Below, one piece after another: positions 13,691 to 25,625 of a stretch of 64,000 bases of DNA. Each line of letters opens with the position of its first letter. Within the stretch, counting starts at the first letter, position 1. The DNA is from Octopus sinensis. Lineage: Eukaryota. The DNA lies in the NCBI RefSeq assembly GCF_006345805.1, contig NC_043002.1:99014001-99078000 (forward strand), given 5' to 3'. The notes under the pieces were generated by a model that searched no databases, was not told the origin of the DNA, and saw only the letters and a list, made by a program, of their open reading frames with translations. The translations under genes were made by a program, and so were the position numbers.

Positions 13691-14174
13691 CTCTCTTAAC
13701 CGGTAGAGTAAAGGAATGAAGCGATAAAGACAGAGAAAAGAAAGTCGCAGTCATTTACAATGACAATTGGACTGAAATACAATCCGTCTTTTCTATCTTC
13801 TTTACTTTTAACAATGAAGAAGAGGGAAAGTCTTTCAGGTGTTTACGCTTTTATTCTGGAAGTTCTAGAAGGATGGAGTATTAGTTATCTCTTCTTTCCC
13901 CCCAGCCCCGGTACTAATTCGCCTTTGATATTCTTCATGTCTTTTAGTTGGTGGGGGAGACCATGTTTTTTTTAAAGGAACATTTAACATTTTCTCTAAA
14001 AACTACAAACAAGCCCCCACTCTGCTTTTTTTTTTCATACAAAAACTAATGCAAATTTCGAAGTGGGTACAACTGTGAGAAGAGCCCAGAAAATGGGTAA
14101 TACTCCCTACAAAATAGGTGGGGGAGAAAAGTTGCCAACTGGTGGCTACACGAAATTTAACTCTGTACTTTAAA

Positions 14175-14422
14175 GCGTGTCTTCTATTATAGCCTCGGGC
14201 CAAATAAAGCCTCGTGAGTGCATTTGGTAGATAGAAACTGAAAGAATCCCGTCATATATATATATATATATAAAGTATTTTTATTTGTGTGTGTTTGTGT
14301 CTGTGTTTGTTCCACCCCCACCATTGTTTGACAACCGATGTTGGTGTGTTTGAGTCCCTGTACCTTAGCTGTTCGACAGAAAAGACTGATAGAATAAGCA
14401 CCAGGCTTACAGGGAATAAGTC
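14175..14422 (+). mobile_element. SINE family A, truncated at both ends
   Basis: Internal family A sequence; abuts the broken 3' end of the maT transposase. Confidence 0.8.
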
Positions 14423-15518
14423 TCCTGCCACTCTTCTGGACGGTGTCCTTGTTTAAGTTACTGAATGCTGCCATAATCCTTGCCTTCAGTTCATTTTTTG
14501 GTGTTACAAGGAGTTTTGTTGGTCTCTCGCACAACTGCACCCCACACATAATAATCAAGGGAGTTGCAGTGTTGGGTGTTAAGTGGCCAGATATTAGGGG
14601 GGATGTAGTCACAGAAATTGCCTGATAGCCATGACTGGGTTCTCCTGCTTGTGTGGCATGTTGCAGAGTTTTGTTGCCAGACATAGGGTCTTCCAGCAGC
14701 CACCCTCTTGACCGGGCGCAGCACTACCTCCTCCAAGAAATTTATGTAGGCCTCTGTGTTGAGTGTGAGGCCGTATGGGAAGATGAATGGAGGCATGACG
14801 TCGTCATCATTAGTGATCACTCCAAACACCATGATGTTGACTGGAAGTTTGATTTTTATGACTCTCAGTACACGTTTTGGTCACACGGTAAGCCAACGCT
14901 TGTTCTGTGTGTTCACCAGCGGATCCTGGCAGAATTTTTTCTCGTCTGAGGAAAACCAAAACATGTTCGGTTGGGGGTGATCCTTGAGTTTGTTAAAAAG
15001 CTTTGTAGTGCAGCCTTTTCTCTTACCCTTGACGACTTGGGATAAAGTTTGGCCTTTTCTCATATTGTATGATGAATACCGAATGTCTTCATACACTACC
15101 TGCCTGATAAGAGACTCAGACATTCCCATGTCCTTGGTGATGGACCTTTTTGACTTGGACAGATCGTTGTTAATCGTGGCCTGGATCTTACCAACAAATT
15201 CAGGATTTCTTTTCTTATCAGGATGATCAGAGTTATCACGTAATCACCGTTAGAATCATCCATCTCTTTCCGAATCCTCTGCACTGTCCTCAGATTGACA
15301 GTCAAACACTCTGAAATATTTTTATAGGAGCTTCCGGTGCAAATGCCAAGCCATACAGCATATCGTTTCCAAATTTCTGGGACAGCGAATTGGATGGTGC
15401 TGTTATTCTCACACACGGTACTCGACTGTCCCTACTATACTGTGTAGTCGACAAAATCAAATACAAATAATGCGCATGCGTTGAATTAAAATATAAAATG
15501 GCGACTATTTACCCATCG
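14423..15518 (-). pseudogene. Tc1/mariner DD37D (maT-type) transposase pseudogene with its 5' end
   Basis: Frameshifted segments: HTH region (SYKNISECLTVNLRTVQRIRKE), WFSSDEKKF, YVWQQNSATCHTS, WPLNTQHCNSLDYYVWG; TA at 15519-15520 beside the presumed terminus; 3' terminus missing. Confidence 0.9.
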
Positions 15519-15523
15519 TAACC

Positions 15524-15526
<3 letters not shown>

Positions 15527-15557
<31 letters not shown>

Positions 15558-15568
15558 TAGATAGATAG

Positions 15569-15613
<45 letters not shown>

Positions 15614-15632
15614 ATATATTATATATATATAT

Positions 15633-15696
<64 letters not shown>

Positions 15697-15706
15697 CATA
15701 TATGTA

Positions 15707-15754
<48 letters not shown>

Positions 15755-15844
15755 TATATATAATATATATATATATAGATAGATATATATATATAGATAG
15801 ATAGATAGATATATAGATATATATATAACACACACACATATATA

Positions 15845-15909
<65 letters not shown>

Positions 15910-15957
15910 TGTATATATATATATATATATATACATACACACACACATATATATATA
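15527..15957. repeat. Compound (TA)n/(CA)n/(TAGA)n microsatellite
   Basis: Direct inspection. Confidence 0.95.
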
Positions 15958-16113
15958 GGGAGAATTCACAAAGAACAAAGACGAAGACAACAAACAGATG
16001 TATTAGTTTAACGCTCGGGAAGTGAAAAAGTCGTTAACGTTTCGAGCCTACGTTCTTCCACAGAAGGGAACACAGAAAGAAACAGGGACAGAAAATAAAG
16101 AATGTGTAGTGGC
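15958..16113 (-). mobile_element. Family B hammerhead-bearing element
   Basis: Motif at 16032-16067 with substitutions in stems I and II; follows (TA)n. Confidence 0.75.
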
Positions 16114-16438
16114 TTGAAGACAATAGGAAAAAGCAGAAAGTAAAAAAAATGTTTAGAAAGTACAAAAATAAAATACACGAATTAAACAAATTGAAAGAGT
16201 AGATCTCACATGAACTACACGAAGAAATGTAGATTATCTGTCAAAAGGCATTTCGGAAATCTCTAAATGCTGCAGTGACAAGTTACGACGTCATGATTAA
16301 TATAATATTATTTAATTGACAGAAATCCTATGCAATAATTGTTCCGGCTCTGTAAGTTCTGAGATTAGATCTTGTTGAAGTCAATTCCGCTTCTCAACTA
16401 TCTTGGTTTGATAAATGAAGTGGCAGTCAAGTGAGACG

Positions 16439-16509
<71 letters not shown>

Positions 16510-16515
<6 letters not shown>

Positions 16516-16918
16516 TCCGTTCTGTCTGCCTGTGTGTGTGTCTTCTAGGATTTCAGGCATCCTCCATCCGATTGCGCTCAAATTTGATATTGTAGATACC
16601 GACGGTATAAGAGCGTGTATAAGTCTTGAAAAAAAATTATAAAAATTGATTCCAGGTGAGAATGCGATCGATAAAGCCGTGGGAAACTGCTTTTGTACGT
16701 GCGAATACATCAGCTGTTGCGATCGATACTACGCGTACGCGAGAAAAAGTCTATCTATATTTCTTCTTTTGCTGGTGTCTCAAATTTAGGTTAAATCAGT
16801 GTTTCTCAAAGGGGAGGCCTATGGGACGGTCGGACAAGTTGTTTTGAGAAAATTTCGCTTAAATGTTTGACAACTCAGCACAGTCCATTGGACGTGGTGG
16901 GGGGCGTTTTGCTCGTAT
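16510..16918 (+). mobile_element. Family J, probable Helitron-type non-autonomous element (5' part)
   Basis: Homologous to 39592-39845, which begins A|TCTATTATATAAAA; no CTAG 3' end seen. Confidence 0.5.
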
Positions 16919-16923
16919 ATATA

Positions 16924-16971
<48 letters not shown>

Positions 16972-18717
16972 CGTGGTTGGTGAAAGGAAGGGCATTCAAC
17001 CGTAACGACCCTGCGAAAGCAGACAGGCCTGGTACATTCTTTTGCCCAGCCAGCCCCTGTCCTACTGTCCAAGCTGTGCCAGCCAGTACGGAAAACAGAC
17101 GTTAAATGATGAGGATAATAATGATGATGATGATTATGATATTTAAAGTCTGCTCGCACTGGAAGCAGTGGTGTAAGAGGCCTGTAGACCGTTTTAATTA
17201 AACGACTGTGGTCTGCATTTATATCGAGTACTTTTATCCAAATCGTTACTTGACAACGGATATATAGAGATATACAAATTTTCTTTCTCTTTGTTTCTCT
17301 CTCTCTCTTTCTCCCTCTCTTTCTCAAAACACACATATGCACACTCAGACACCAACACGCACATACACACAAATATTCACACACAGATAAACATAATATT
17401 TTTCTTTTTATCTCCGAGGACCGGTTTCGTGTAAAGCGAAAGCGTATTTTCTGTTTTGAAATGGAGTTTTTGAAAAATATGTCCTCTATCGAAGGTACAT
17501 ACACATTTAAAAACTAAACCATACTAATCTACTGTTAAAGAAATCTTTCATGTTATATAGTTGCTAGCGACTGTCCTAGTTCAATATTTATCTATATTCA
17601 AAAGCAACCATCGCTGGCTCTCGTAAATTGGTACCGTGAATGGCATGAATGACTACTCTTACCCTTTCTCCATCTCTCTCTCCACCTCTCTCGCCATCTC
17701 TGTCTCTGTCCCTCTCGTTCTCTCTGTCTATCACTCTCATACAACCTGTGCGCTTTAAGCAGCAGGAATATTCTTCAATCAGCGGTTTGGTTCTTTATTT
17801 TGCTCTGTTGCATTCAAACTATCGTACAGAGATGGTGAAAGGCATTAGGAAGTCGTTTTTAGTTATTTCGGTTTCGGACTTTGCTTCTGAATAGAACTGG
17901 TGGTGATGTTTGGTGTGTTTACTATCATCAATTAAACTAAATATTTCAACACAAGGATTCCATGACGACAAATATAATGGCGAAGAAAAAGACGCCGCCG
18001 CCGCCACCGACGACGACGACGATGAATACGAATATACATGGTAGAAGCATTAGTAGAATTTCAATTCCTGCAAGCTAGCTTTCTATGGGTAAATGTGTGT
18101 GTGTGTGTGTGTGTGTGTTTCTTTTCTTAGTTTTATACTGGTGGATATTTACTAATGAGGTTGGTCCTGGTTTACATAAAGACCCAGCTGTATTGCTTGA
18201 TAAAGAATTCTAGGAGACAGAAAGGCCTGTTGGATTAGGTTTACTTCATGAAATACTTAAAGCCAACAACGACGTAAAAAACAAACAAACAAACAAAACA
18301 ACACAGAAGAAACGCCGCCGCCGCCGCCTTCAACACCACCACCACCACCGCCACCCCCACTATTCTAATTCTATCAGCAGCAGCTCCTCCAGCCACAAAC
18401 AGTGAGAACACTTGGCTTTCATTATTGATTTACATTGTTTTCACGTGTTTGTGAAAGCGTGTCTGTGTGTGAGGAAATGTGCGTACATATGGGAATCATT
18501 CTGAGAAGGCTTGAGTATGTGTATTTATATGTTCGTATAAGCCTGTATTGATGTCTAAGTAAATATACACGATATCTTTCTATGCGATTATTTATAGGTC
18601 TCTTTCTCTAGATCCGTTAAAGTCGAAATAATTTTGTATACCTTGGTTGTGCAGTCTTCTGTGTACTTGTGTAAGTTGTAGATGTGTACATGCATGAATA
18701 TATACATATATGGACGG

Positions 18718-18875
18718 AGGCATGACTGTGTGGTAAAAATTTTGCATCCCGACCATATGGCTCAGGGCTCTGTCCCACTGCGTGGCACGTTGCCGCAGAT
18801 GTCTTCAGCTATAGCTTCGGGTCGACCAAAGCCTTGTGAGTTGATTTAATAGACGCAAACTGAAAAAAGTCAGTC

Positions 18876-18880
<5 letters not shown>
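18718..18880 (+). mobile_element. SINE family A, 5' half, diverged
   Basis: Head similarity; ends at its internal (TA)n. Confidence 0.75.
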
Positions 18881-18919
<39 letters not shown>

Positions 18920-18926
18920 ATATATA

Positions 18927-19087
18927 GGGAGAATTCACAAAAACAAAAAACAAAAGACGAAACAGGTGGTGTAGACAACAAACAAATGTATTAGTATAAC
19001 GCTCGGGAAGTGAAAAAGTCTTCTACAGAAAGGAACACAGAAATAAACAAGGAGAGAAAATAAAGAATGTCTAGTGGCCAGCGATCA
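18927..19087 (-). mobile_element. Family B element lacking the ribozyme core
   Basis: AAGTCTT joined directly to CTACAGAAAGG; about 26 bp missing relative to the 11608 copy. Confidence 0.75.
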
Positions 19088-19108
19088 ATCAATCTATCTA
19101 TCTATCTT

Positions 19109-19167
<59 letters not shown>

Positions 19168-19296
19168 CTATGTATCTCTCTCTCTCTCTCCTCTCTCTCT
19201 CTATATATATTATATATATATATATATATTATATATATATATCTATATATATATATATTATATATATATATATACAGAAACACATATATATATATA

Positions 19297-19689
19297 CTAG
19301 CAGTATCGCCCGACGTTGCTCGGGTTTGTAAGGGAAATAACTATATAAGCATTTTTAGAGAGTTATAGCCAAAAAATAGCAAAAAATGCATTAAAATTTG
19401 AAAAAAAATTAAGGTAAATTTTTTTTAAATCGTTGACACATCGTAGATATTTTTAGAGAGTTACTTCCCTTATACAAAAGCGAAAAAAATGCATTAAAAT
19501 GGAAAAATATGATGGTAATTTTTTTAAAATCGTAGACTCATCGTAGACGCGCGCTAATACCCAGAAGGGCTCGATATGAATCACGACTATAAGATACCCG
19601 CTTTTGGTTAAACTGCACCGCAAAATGTGGGAGTAGTTAGGAATCTAAATCGTAGGAGACAGACACACAACTTCACTCTTATATAAAGA
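19297..19689 (-). mobile_element. Non-autonomous Helitron family D
   Basis: 5' TC, subterminal hairpin CCCGAGCAACGTCGGG, 3' CTAG, inserted between A and T, no TSD. Confidence 0.9.
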
Positions 19690-19699
19690 TGCTTTTTTT

Positions 19700-20018
19700 T
19701 TCAGTCATAGAGTTAGATTTATGAAGGTCTTCAGTAGAAAATCCTTCGAATTCTGACTCGCTGCTTGATATAATGAAATTCGTATCCATTTTTTGTCAGA
19801 ATTACAAATTTTGAAAACACAATAGGAACAAATTTCGGAAAAAAATCTCCCATAATTCACGGAATTAAAATTACACTTCGATTTTTGTACAAAACTATAG
19901 TTGAAGTGTTTACGAAGTATAATACGTGTTTTCACGAATGTACTAAAGAGATTTGCTCTGATATTCTCATTTAAATATGAATAGGTAAATTCGGGCGGTT
20001 TGGTAACGAAAGGGTTAA
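19700..20018. mobile_element. Possible piggyBac-like terminus (solo end)
   Basis: Ends GTAACGAAAGGG|TTAA at 20015-20018; partner end not found. Confidence 0.3.
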
Positions 20019-20177
20019 ACGGATGCATACATTTATTAATCTCTTATTATAATAACTATATATAAGTGTCGTCTGTTTATACATAAACACTGTTTCATAC
20101 TGCAATTACATATACATATATCTATATATAATATTATATAATAAAATATATACAGAGTAAAATAAAAACCAATTTAC

Positions 20178-20268
20178 CTTTTCTGTATTGTTATAGCAAT
20201 TCCACCGTCCGTGTGTCTTTGCAAATGTGTTGGAATGATAAGTGAGTTGTGTTTTGGCGCCTTTTTTA
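20178..20268 (-). CDS. Candidate internal exon, unknown product (KKGAKTQLTYHSNTFAKTHGRWNCYNNTEK)
   Basis: TTTGTTATTAG acceptor, AAG|GTAAAT donor; open in phase 2, compatible with the exon at 24985-25034. Confidence 0.25.
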
Positions 20269-20389
20269 CTAATAACAAACACACACGTGATTGTATGTAG
20301 TTGTTTGAAACGTTTGTGTTATATGTATGTGTATGCGTGTGTGTGAGGAATGACACACACACACTCACGCACGCACACATGTACATCAA

Positions 20390-20952
20390 TGCTTTCGGAG
20401 TGATATGTTAAAAAATTGAGTTTTCTCGAATTTTGTCTTAATTGGTGGTAAAATTGAAAGAAATTTTTTATGGCATCACCCATTGAAGTACTCTGAAAAA
20501 TCATGGGTACACTCTAATTGAAGAAATTGTGTGAGGAGTAAATTGTTATGTATTTATTTGGTTCTGTTTGCTGTTTTTTTTTTTAGTAGTGGTTTAAGGT
20601 ACACTACTTTCGTTTTATCGAATTAGTTTCACTTTAATCGCTGCAAATGTGCAAAGAGAAAGTCGCAGAAATGAGTGATAGCGTGAGTGAATGAGATCGC
20701 TCCCTTTTTGTGTGTGTGCGTGTGCGTGTGGTGTAAACCACATTAAGAAAGGCATTGACATACATACCAGAATGTGAGTTTTCTGTAAATTTTGCTTAAT
20801 TGGAGTTTAAATTTTAAAAACTGGACCTGGCATGACCCGATGCATTCTACTCTTAAAAATGCTAGGTAAATTGTAATTGAAGAAATCCTATATTGTAGAT
20901 TTCTATAAGTTACAAAGGGAGGCAGATAAAATCTGCCTTTTATAATAAGAGA
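20390..20952 (-). mobile_element. Probable Helitron-type 5' portion with an internal diverged duplication
   Basis: Minus strand begins A|TCTCTTATTATAAAAGGCAG; ~130-bp unit repeated at ~20410 and ~20770. Confidence 0.4.
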
Positions 20953-20984
20953 TATATATATTTGGGAGAGTATACGTGTGTGCG

Positions 20985-21185
20985 TGTGTGTGTGTCTTTG
21001 TGGCTTGGCAACTGGTGTTGGTGTGTTTACGTCCCCGTAACTTAGTGCTTCGGCGAAAGAAAGCTGACTGAATAAGTACCAGGCTTAAAAAATATGTCTT
21101 GGGGTCGATTCGTTCGATTAAAAGATTAAAAGATTAAAAGATGTTGCTCTAGCATAGCCGCAGTCACTTGATTGAAACAAATAGA
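20985..21185 (+). mobile_element. SINE family A, 3' half
   Basis: GGTGTGTTTACGTCCCCGTAACTTAG through the tail stem-loop. Confidence 0.8.
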
Positions 21186-22315
21186 AGCATGGCAGAATAT
21201 ATATATAAGTAACAAAACGAAATTCTGTGTGTCAGTGTGTCACACTTTGACCCCCACTCTCACTATTCAATGACACTTCCACTATTCCACATGTTAGGGG
21301 TAAGAGTAATAGTAGACATAGAGACGGTAGTAGATTGACGGTTGTGATGGTAATGGGGTGATAGTAATAGTATGAAGTGTAGTTGTGATGGAGGCGGAGG
21401 CGACGGTGAGGAATAAGGTGGAGGGAGTAGCCGAGGCAGTCAAGGATGATGGTGATAGTAAACAACGTGAAAGCCAGTGGTGATAGTGGTGGAGTGGAAT
21501 ACGGTGAAGAGAAAGGTATTGATGGCGGTGTCGTCAGAAGTCTGAATGGCGTGTATGAAGTGTGAATGGTGCGGCGATGGTGGTGGTGGAAGTAATGATG
21601 AACGTTGAAGACAATCAACAGAAGAAGAGAGAGAGGGAGAGAGAGTGAGAGGGTGAGGAAAAGAAATAGTTTAGAAAAAATTGTATTGACCTCCTGAATG
21701 AGAAGATAAAAAATATTGTTTATCATGCTGCTTTGCAAATAAGTTCTAAATCGACACATTCTATTATTGTTTCGATGAAAATTGTTCATTTCTTGAAAAA
21801 TATTGACCAAATTTAATAAAATTTAATATGTACTCGATGGATGAAGTGTCATTATTGGGCCCACAGGAGCTAGCGTAAAAGCTACACAATAGGGCGGTTT
21901 TAAGCAAGTATGTATACTAGAGAGAGAGAGAGAGAGAGTGAGATAGAGAGAGAGAGAGAGAGAGAGAGATGTCTGAATATGAATGCGTGTGTGTGTTCTT
22001 ATGGTTATGTCATCTTGTGTCACGATGAAGTTGTATGAGAATGCTGCCAAATATAATTACACATGTATTTGAATTTATGCATGGATATGACATATTTGGG
22101 CTTATGTTTCTGCCTGCAAGTTTATAAGAATTTAAGCACCACATCGGAAATCAAGCAAAGAAAGAGGGTGTCGATCCCGGTTAATTCTCACATTTACAGC
22201 GGGCATTATACTGACCTACCTTCTGAGTGAAACTATATATGTGTGTGTGTGTTTGTGTGTCTATATATATACGTATATACATGTACATACATACAAACAC
22301 ACACACACACACACA

Positions 22316-22530
22316 TAGTTAATCCAAACATGAACAAGGAGAAAACACAACAACGCGAGGTCGTGGAACAAGTATAGTGTTATTGGACGCTCAAGAAAGG
22401 AAAGAAAGAAGGAGGATCTAACGTTTCGAGCGGAGCTCTTCGTCAGAAATATAGTAAAACGGAAACTCCCAAGGAAGGGAAGACGGAGAAAGAAAATCGC
22501 CAACGATACACACCCGGTCACATACTGAAA
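22316..22530 (-). mobile_element. Family C hammerhead-bearing element (Penelope-like)
   Basis: Reverse complement aligns with 35680-35890. Confidence 0.75.
22416..22450 (-). ncRNA. Minimal type I hammerhead ribozyme motif, canonical core
   Basis: AUUU-CUGACGA-A-GAGC(UCC)GCUC-GAAAC-GUU-AGAU; predicted cleavage after GUU. Confidence 0.7.
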
Positions 22531-22579
22531 TGACCGGAAGGGAATGGGTGAAGAAAGAGTTCTTTCAAAGACAGGAGAG

Positions 22580-23730
22580 TGCAAGCGAAGGAAGTATGTG
22601 TGTGTATGTGTGGGTATGTGCGTGCGCGCATGTCTCTGTGTGTGTGTGTATGTGTGTGTTTGTGTGTGGTTGGGCTTAGTATCGTTTAAGGTATTAAGAA
22701 GAATTTATAGTAAGAATTTTGGTAGGAGTGGCTGCCTGTTGTGTGTCTACATACACATGTGTGTCGGAGGATGGTCAGTAGAAGGGTCCGGTAGTTTGAA
22801 GTATGTGTGAATGCGTGTATGTATTTGTAGTGTGTGTGTATTTTGTTTGCAGTCTGTATGTGTATGTGTGTGTGTGTGTTTGTGTGTGTATGTGTGTATG
22901 CGTGGGAATATGTGTGTGCGTGGAGAAACTATACTTTACTCTGTGTATGTGTGCGTGTGTGCTTGTATGTGTGTGTGTGTGTGTTTACATGTATGTATAA
23001 TTGTGTGTGGAGAAACTATACTTTACTCTGTGTATGTGTGCGTGTGTGCTTGTATGTGTGTGTGTTTACATCTATGTATAATTGTGTGCGTGTATGTATG
23101 AGTGTGTGCTGTGTGTGCGTGGGCGGTATCTGTGGGTTCATTTCCGTGAGCAGGTGTGTGTATGTGTGTGCGTGTGTATATACACGTATGTGCGTGTGAG
23201 TGTATGTGCGGGTGTACATGTGTGAGTATGTACGTGTGTATTTTGTGTGTCTGCATGTGTATGTGTGTGAACGAGGGGGTTGTGTAGGGGGTATAGGTGC
23301 GTTTTTTGCGCGTGTATGCATCTGCGTGTGTGTAAGCGTGTACATATATATATATGCGTGTAGTTGCGTGTATGTGTGCGTGTGTATGTGTGCGCGTGTG
23401 TATGTGTGTGCGTATGTGCGTATGTAGGTGTATATACGTGTATGGGGCTGTATTAGGTATGTGTACATTGGTGTGCGTGTATGCGTGCGTATGTATGCGC
23501 ATGTGTGTGCGTGTGTGTATATGTTTCTATATGTGTATGCGTATGTGTATGTGTGTGTGTGTATGCATATATTGTGTGTGTATGTATATGTATGCGTGGG
23601 TGCGTGGTTGTGTGTGGGGTTTGTGTAGGCGTATATGTGCCTACCTGTGTGTATTTTGTTGCGTGTATGCGCGTGTGCTTGGGTATGTGTGTGTATGCGG
23701 TTGTGTGTACGTTTATGTGTGTGGACCTAC
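22580..23730. repeat. Long degenerate (TG)n-derived low-complexity tract with an ~88-bp tandem duplication
   Basis: Direct inspection; unit starting GGAGAAACTATACTTTACTCTG occurs at ~22922 and ~23009. Confidence 0.9.
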
Positions 23731-23831
23731 CCAGCGGAGACGATGACGAAGAAGGCGAAGAGACAGAGGCGGAGAATGGTGGATTGTTAGTGAGGCGTGT
23801 GGAATAACTCATTATTGGTAATATGATCTTC

Positions 23832-23893
<62 letters not shown>

Positions 23894-23978
23894 TGCATAC
23901 ATGTACACATAATAATGCATCCATAGTATACACACACGCACACACACATACATATATATATGTGTGCGTGTGAGTGTG

Positions 23979-24022
<44 letters not shown>

Positions 24023-24398
24023 AATTATAATATTATTGAACTTTCAGATGAGAAAGAAATTATATATTCATGGTAATTGTCCAAATATTTTAATCACATC
24101 AATTCGGTCACATAACTAATTTCATGGTCCGGTGAAAATTAAGAGTGTAAATGTTTTATTTGAAATGTCAAATGTTTGATTAAACGGCACAGAGTTGTCA
24201 CGTGTTTCGTGTCGGACTGGATTAGTCACTTATCAATCTTGACAGATAAGTCAGATTAAGGACAGTCAGAAAATTGAGTCTTCATGTATAATAACACAGC
24301 AATGATATCCAACATCATGTGATAAACTGACGAGGATTTGATAGTAATTAATACAAAAATAAATAATTGCTAATAATTATGTATTTTCTTATAAACAA

Positions 24399-24795
24399 CT
24401 AGCAGTATCGCCCGGCGTTGCTCGGGTTCGTAAGGGAAATAACTATATAAGCATTTTTAGAGATGTAAAGTATAATAGCCATCTCAATATGGCTAACCAC
24501 AAGGGGGGGGTGTTACTGTAGCTTTTTACGTTCTGAGATTTAATAATAAATTTTTGGAGAGTTACTTCCCATATATATGCCAAAAATGCATTAAAAATGG
24601 AAAAAATTTATGGTAAATTTTTTTTTTAAATCGTAGACTCATCGTAGACGCGCGCTAATACCCAGAAGGGCTCCATATGAATGACGACTATAAGATACCC
24701 GGTTTTGGTTAAACTGCACCACAAAATGTGGGAGTAGTTAGGAATCTAAATCGTAGGAGACAGACAACACACAACCTCACTTTTATATATAAAGA
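24399..24795 (-). mobile_element. Non-autonomous Helitron family D, alternative internal module
   Basis: TC...hairpin-CTAG, A|T target. Confidence 0.9.
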
Positions 24796-24984
24796 TATTG
24801 TGAAGAAAACATTTGTGAGCAGTAAAAGCATCGACATCAGAAATAATAACGATGGTCAAACCAATGTTGTATGTGGTTGTTCGGCATGCCGGAAGCAGCT
24901 GTCAATTGTTCTCAAAGTACATCCCTATCGATATATCCTAACCAAACTAGGATACGATGGAAGTACAGTCCCTGATATACATAC

Positions 24985-25034
24985 TTGCAGGGACAGTCAG
25001 GACTGGTACAGTTCTTATTACACATCTGCTCAAA
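24985..25034 (-). CDS. Candidate 50-nt exon, Cys-rich (FEQMCNKNCTSPDCPC)
   Basis: ATTTTATATCTACCAG acceptor, GCAA|GTATGT donor, open in phase 0. Confidence 0.35.
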
Positions 25035-25225
25035 CTGGTAGATATAAAATATCAGATTATTTAATAGTTACCACATTCGGCTTACGATCATAAAATTATG
25101 CACCTGTTTCCCGGACCAGGTGGTGGATATTTTCCAAGGTGCTTCATTTCAAATTTTCTCGGTTTACTCACTCGAAATTGCCTGCCACCACTATCACTAC
25201 CATCACCTCCGCACCAGCAACAACA

Positions 25226-25625
25226 GTGGAGGCGAAATGGCCCAATGGTTAGGGCAGCGGACTCGCTGTCGGAGCATCGCGGTTTCGATTCCTAGACCGG
25301 GCGTTGTGTGTGTTTATTGAGAGAAAACACCTAAAGCTCCACGAGGCTCCGGCAGGGGGGGGGGGAGCGACCCCTGTTGTACTCTTTCGCTCCAACTATC
25401 TCTCACTCTTTCTTCCTCTTTCTTGTCCCCGACTTCCTACGCAACTGCTGAGCCTGGATGCGCATTCATCCATCCGTCGATGCTCTCGGTGTCGGGGGTT
25501 GACCTGCTTTCTCTTCTGCGGGTCTTACGAATAGCAAAGGACCACGTTTCGGACTTCTCCCACTGGACGAAGACCGCTACGCTCAACAGCAGCAACAACA
25601 ATGGCAGTAGCAGCAACAGTAGCAT
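25226..25625 (+). mobile_element. SINE family E, tail type 2, ending in a (CAA/CAG)n tract
   Basis: Shared tRNA-like head and body; different 3' half. Confidence 0.85.

Noticed and set aside
21232-21810. 192-aa minus-strand ORF rich in S/P/T/L/H
   Set aside because: It derives from a degenerate purine-rich trinucleotide and (GA)n tract.
24728-25093. 121-aa plus-strand ORF
   Set aside because: It starts inside a Helitron, has no splice signals and no recognisable domain.
25535-25575. ACGTTTCG motif in a SINE E tail resembling the hammerhead 3' half
   Set aside because: The minus strand has GAAAC but no CUGANGA core or stem II.
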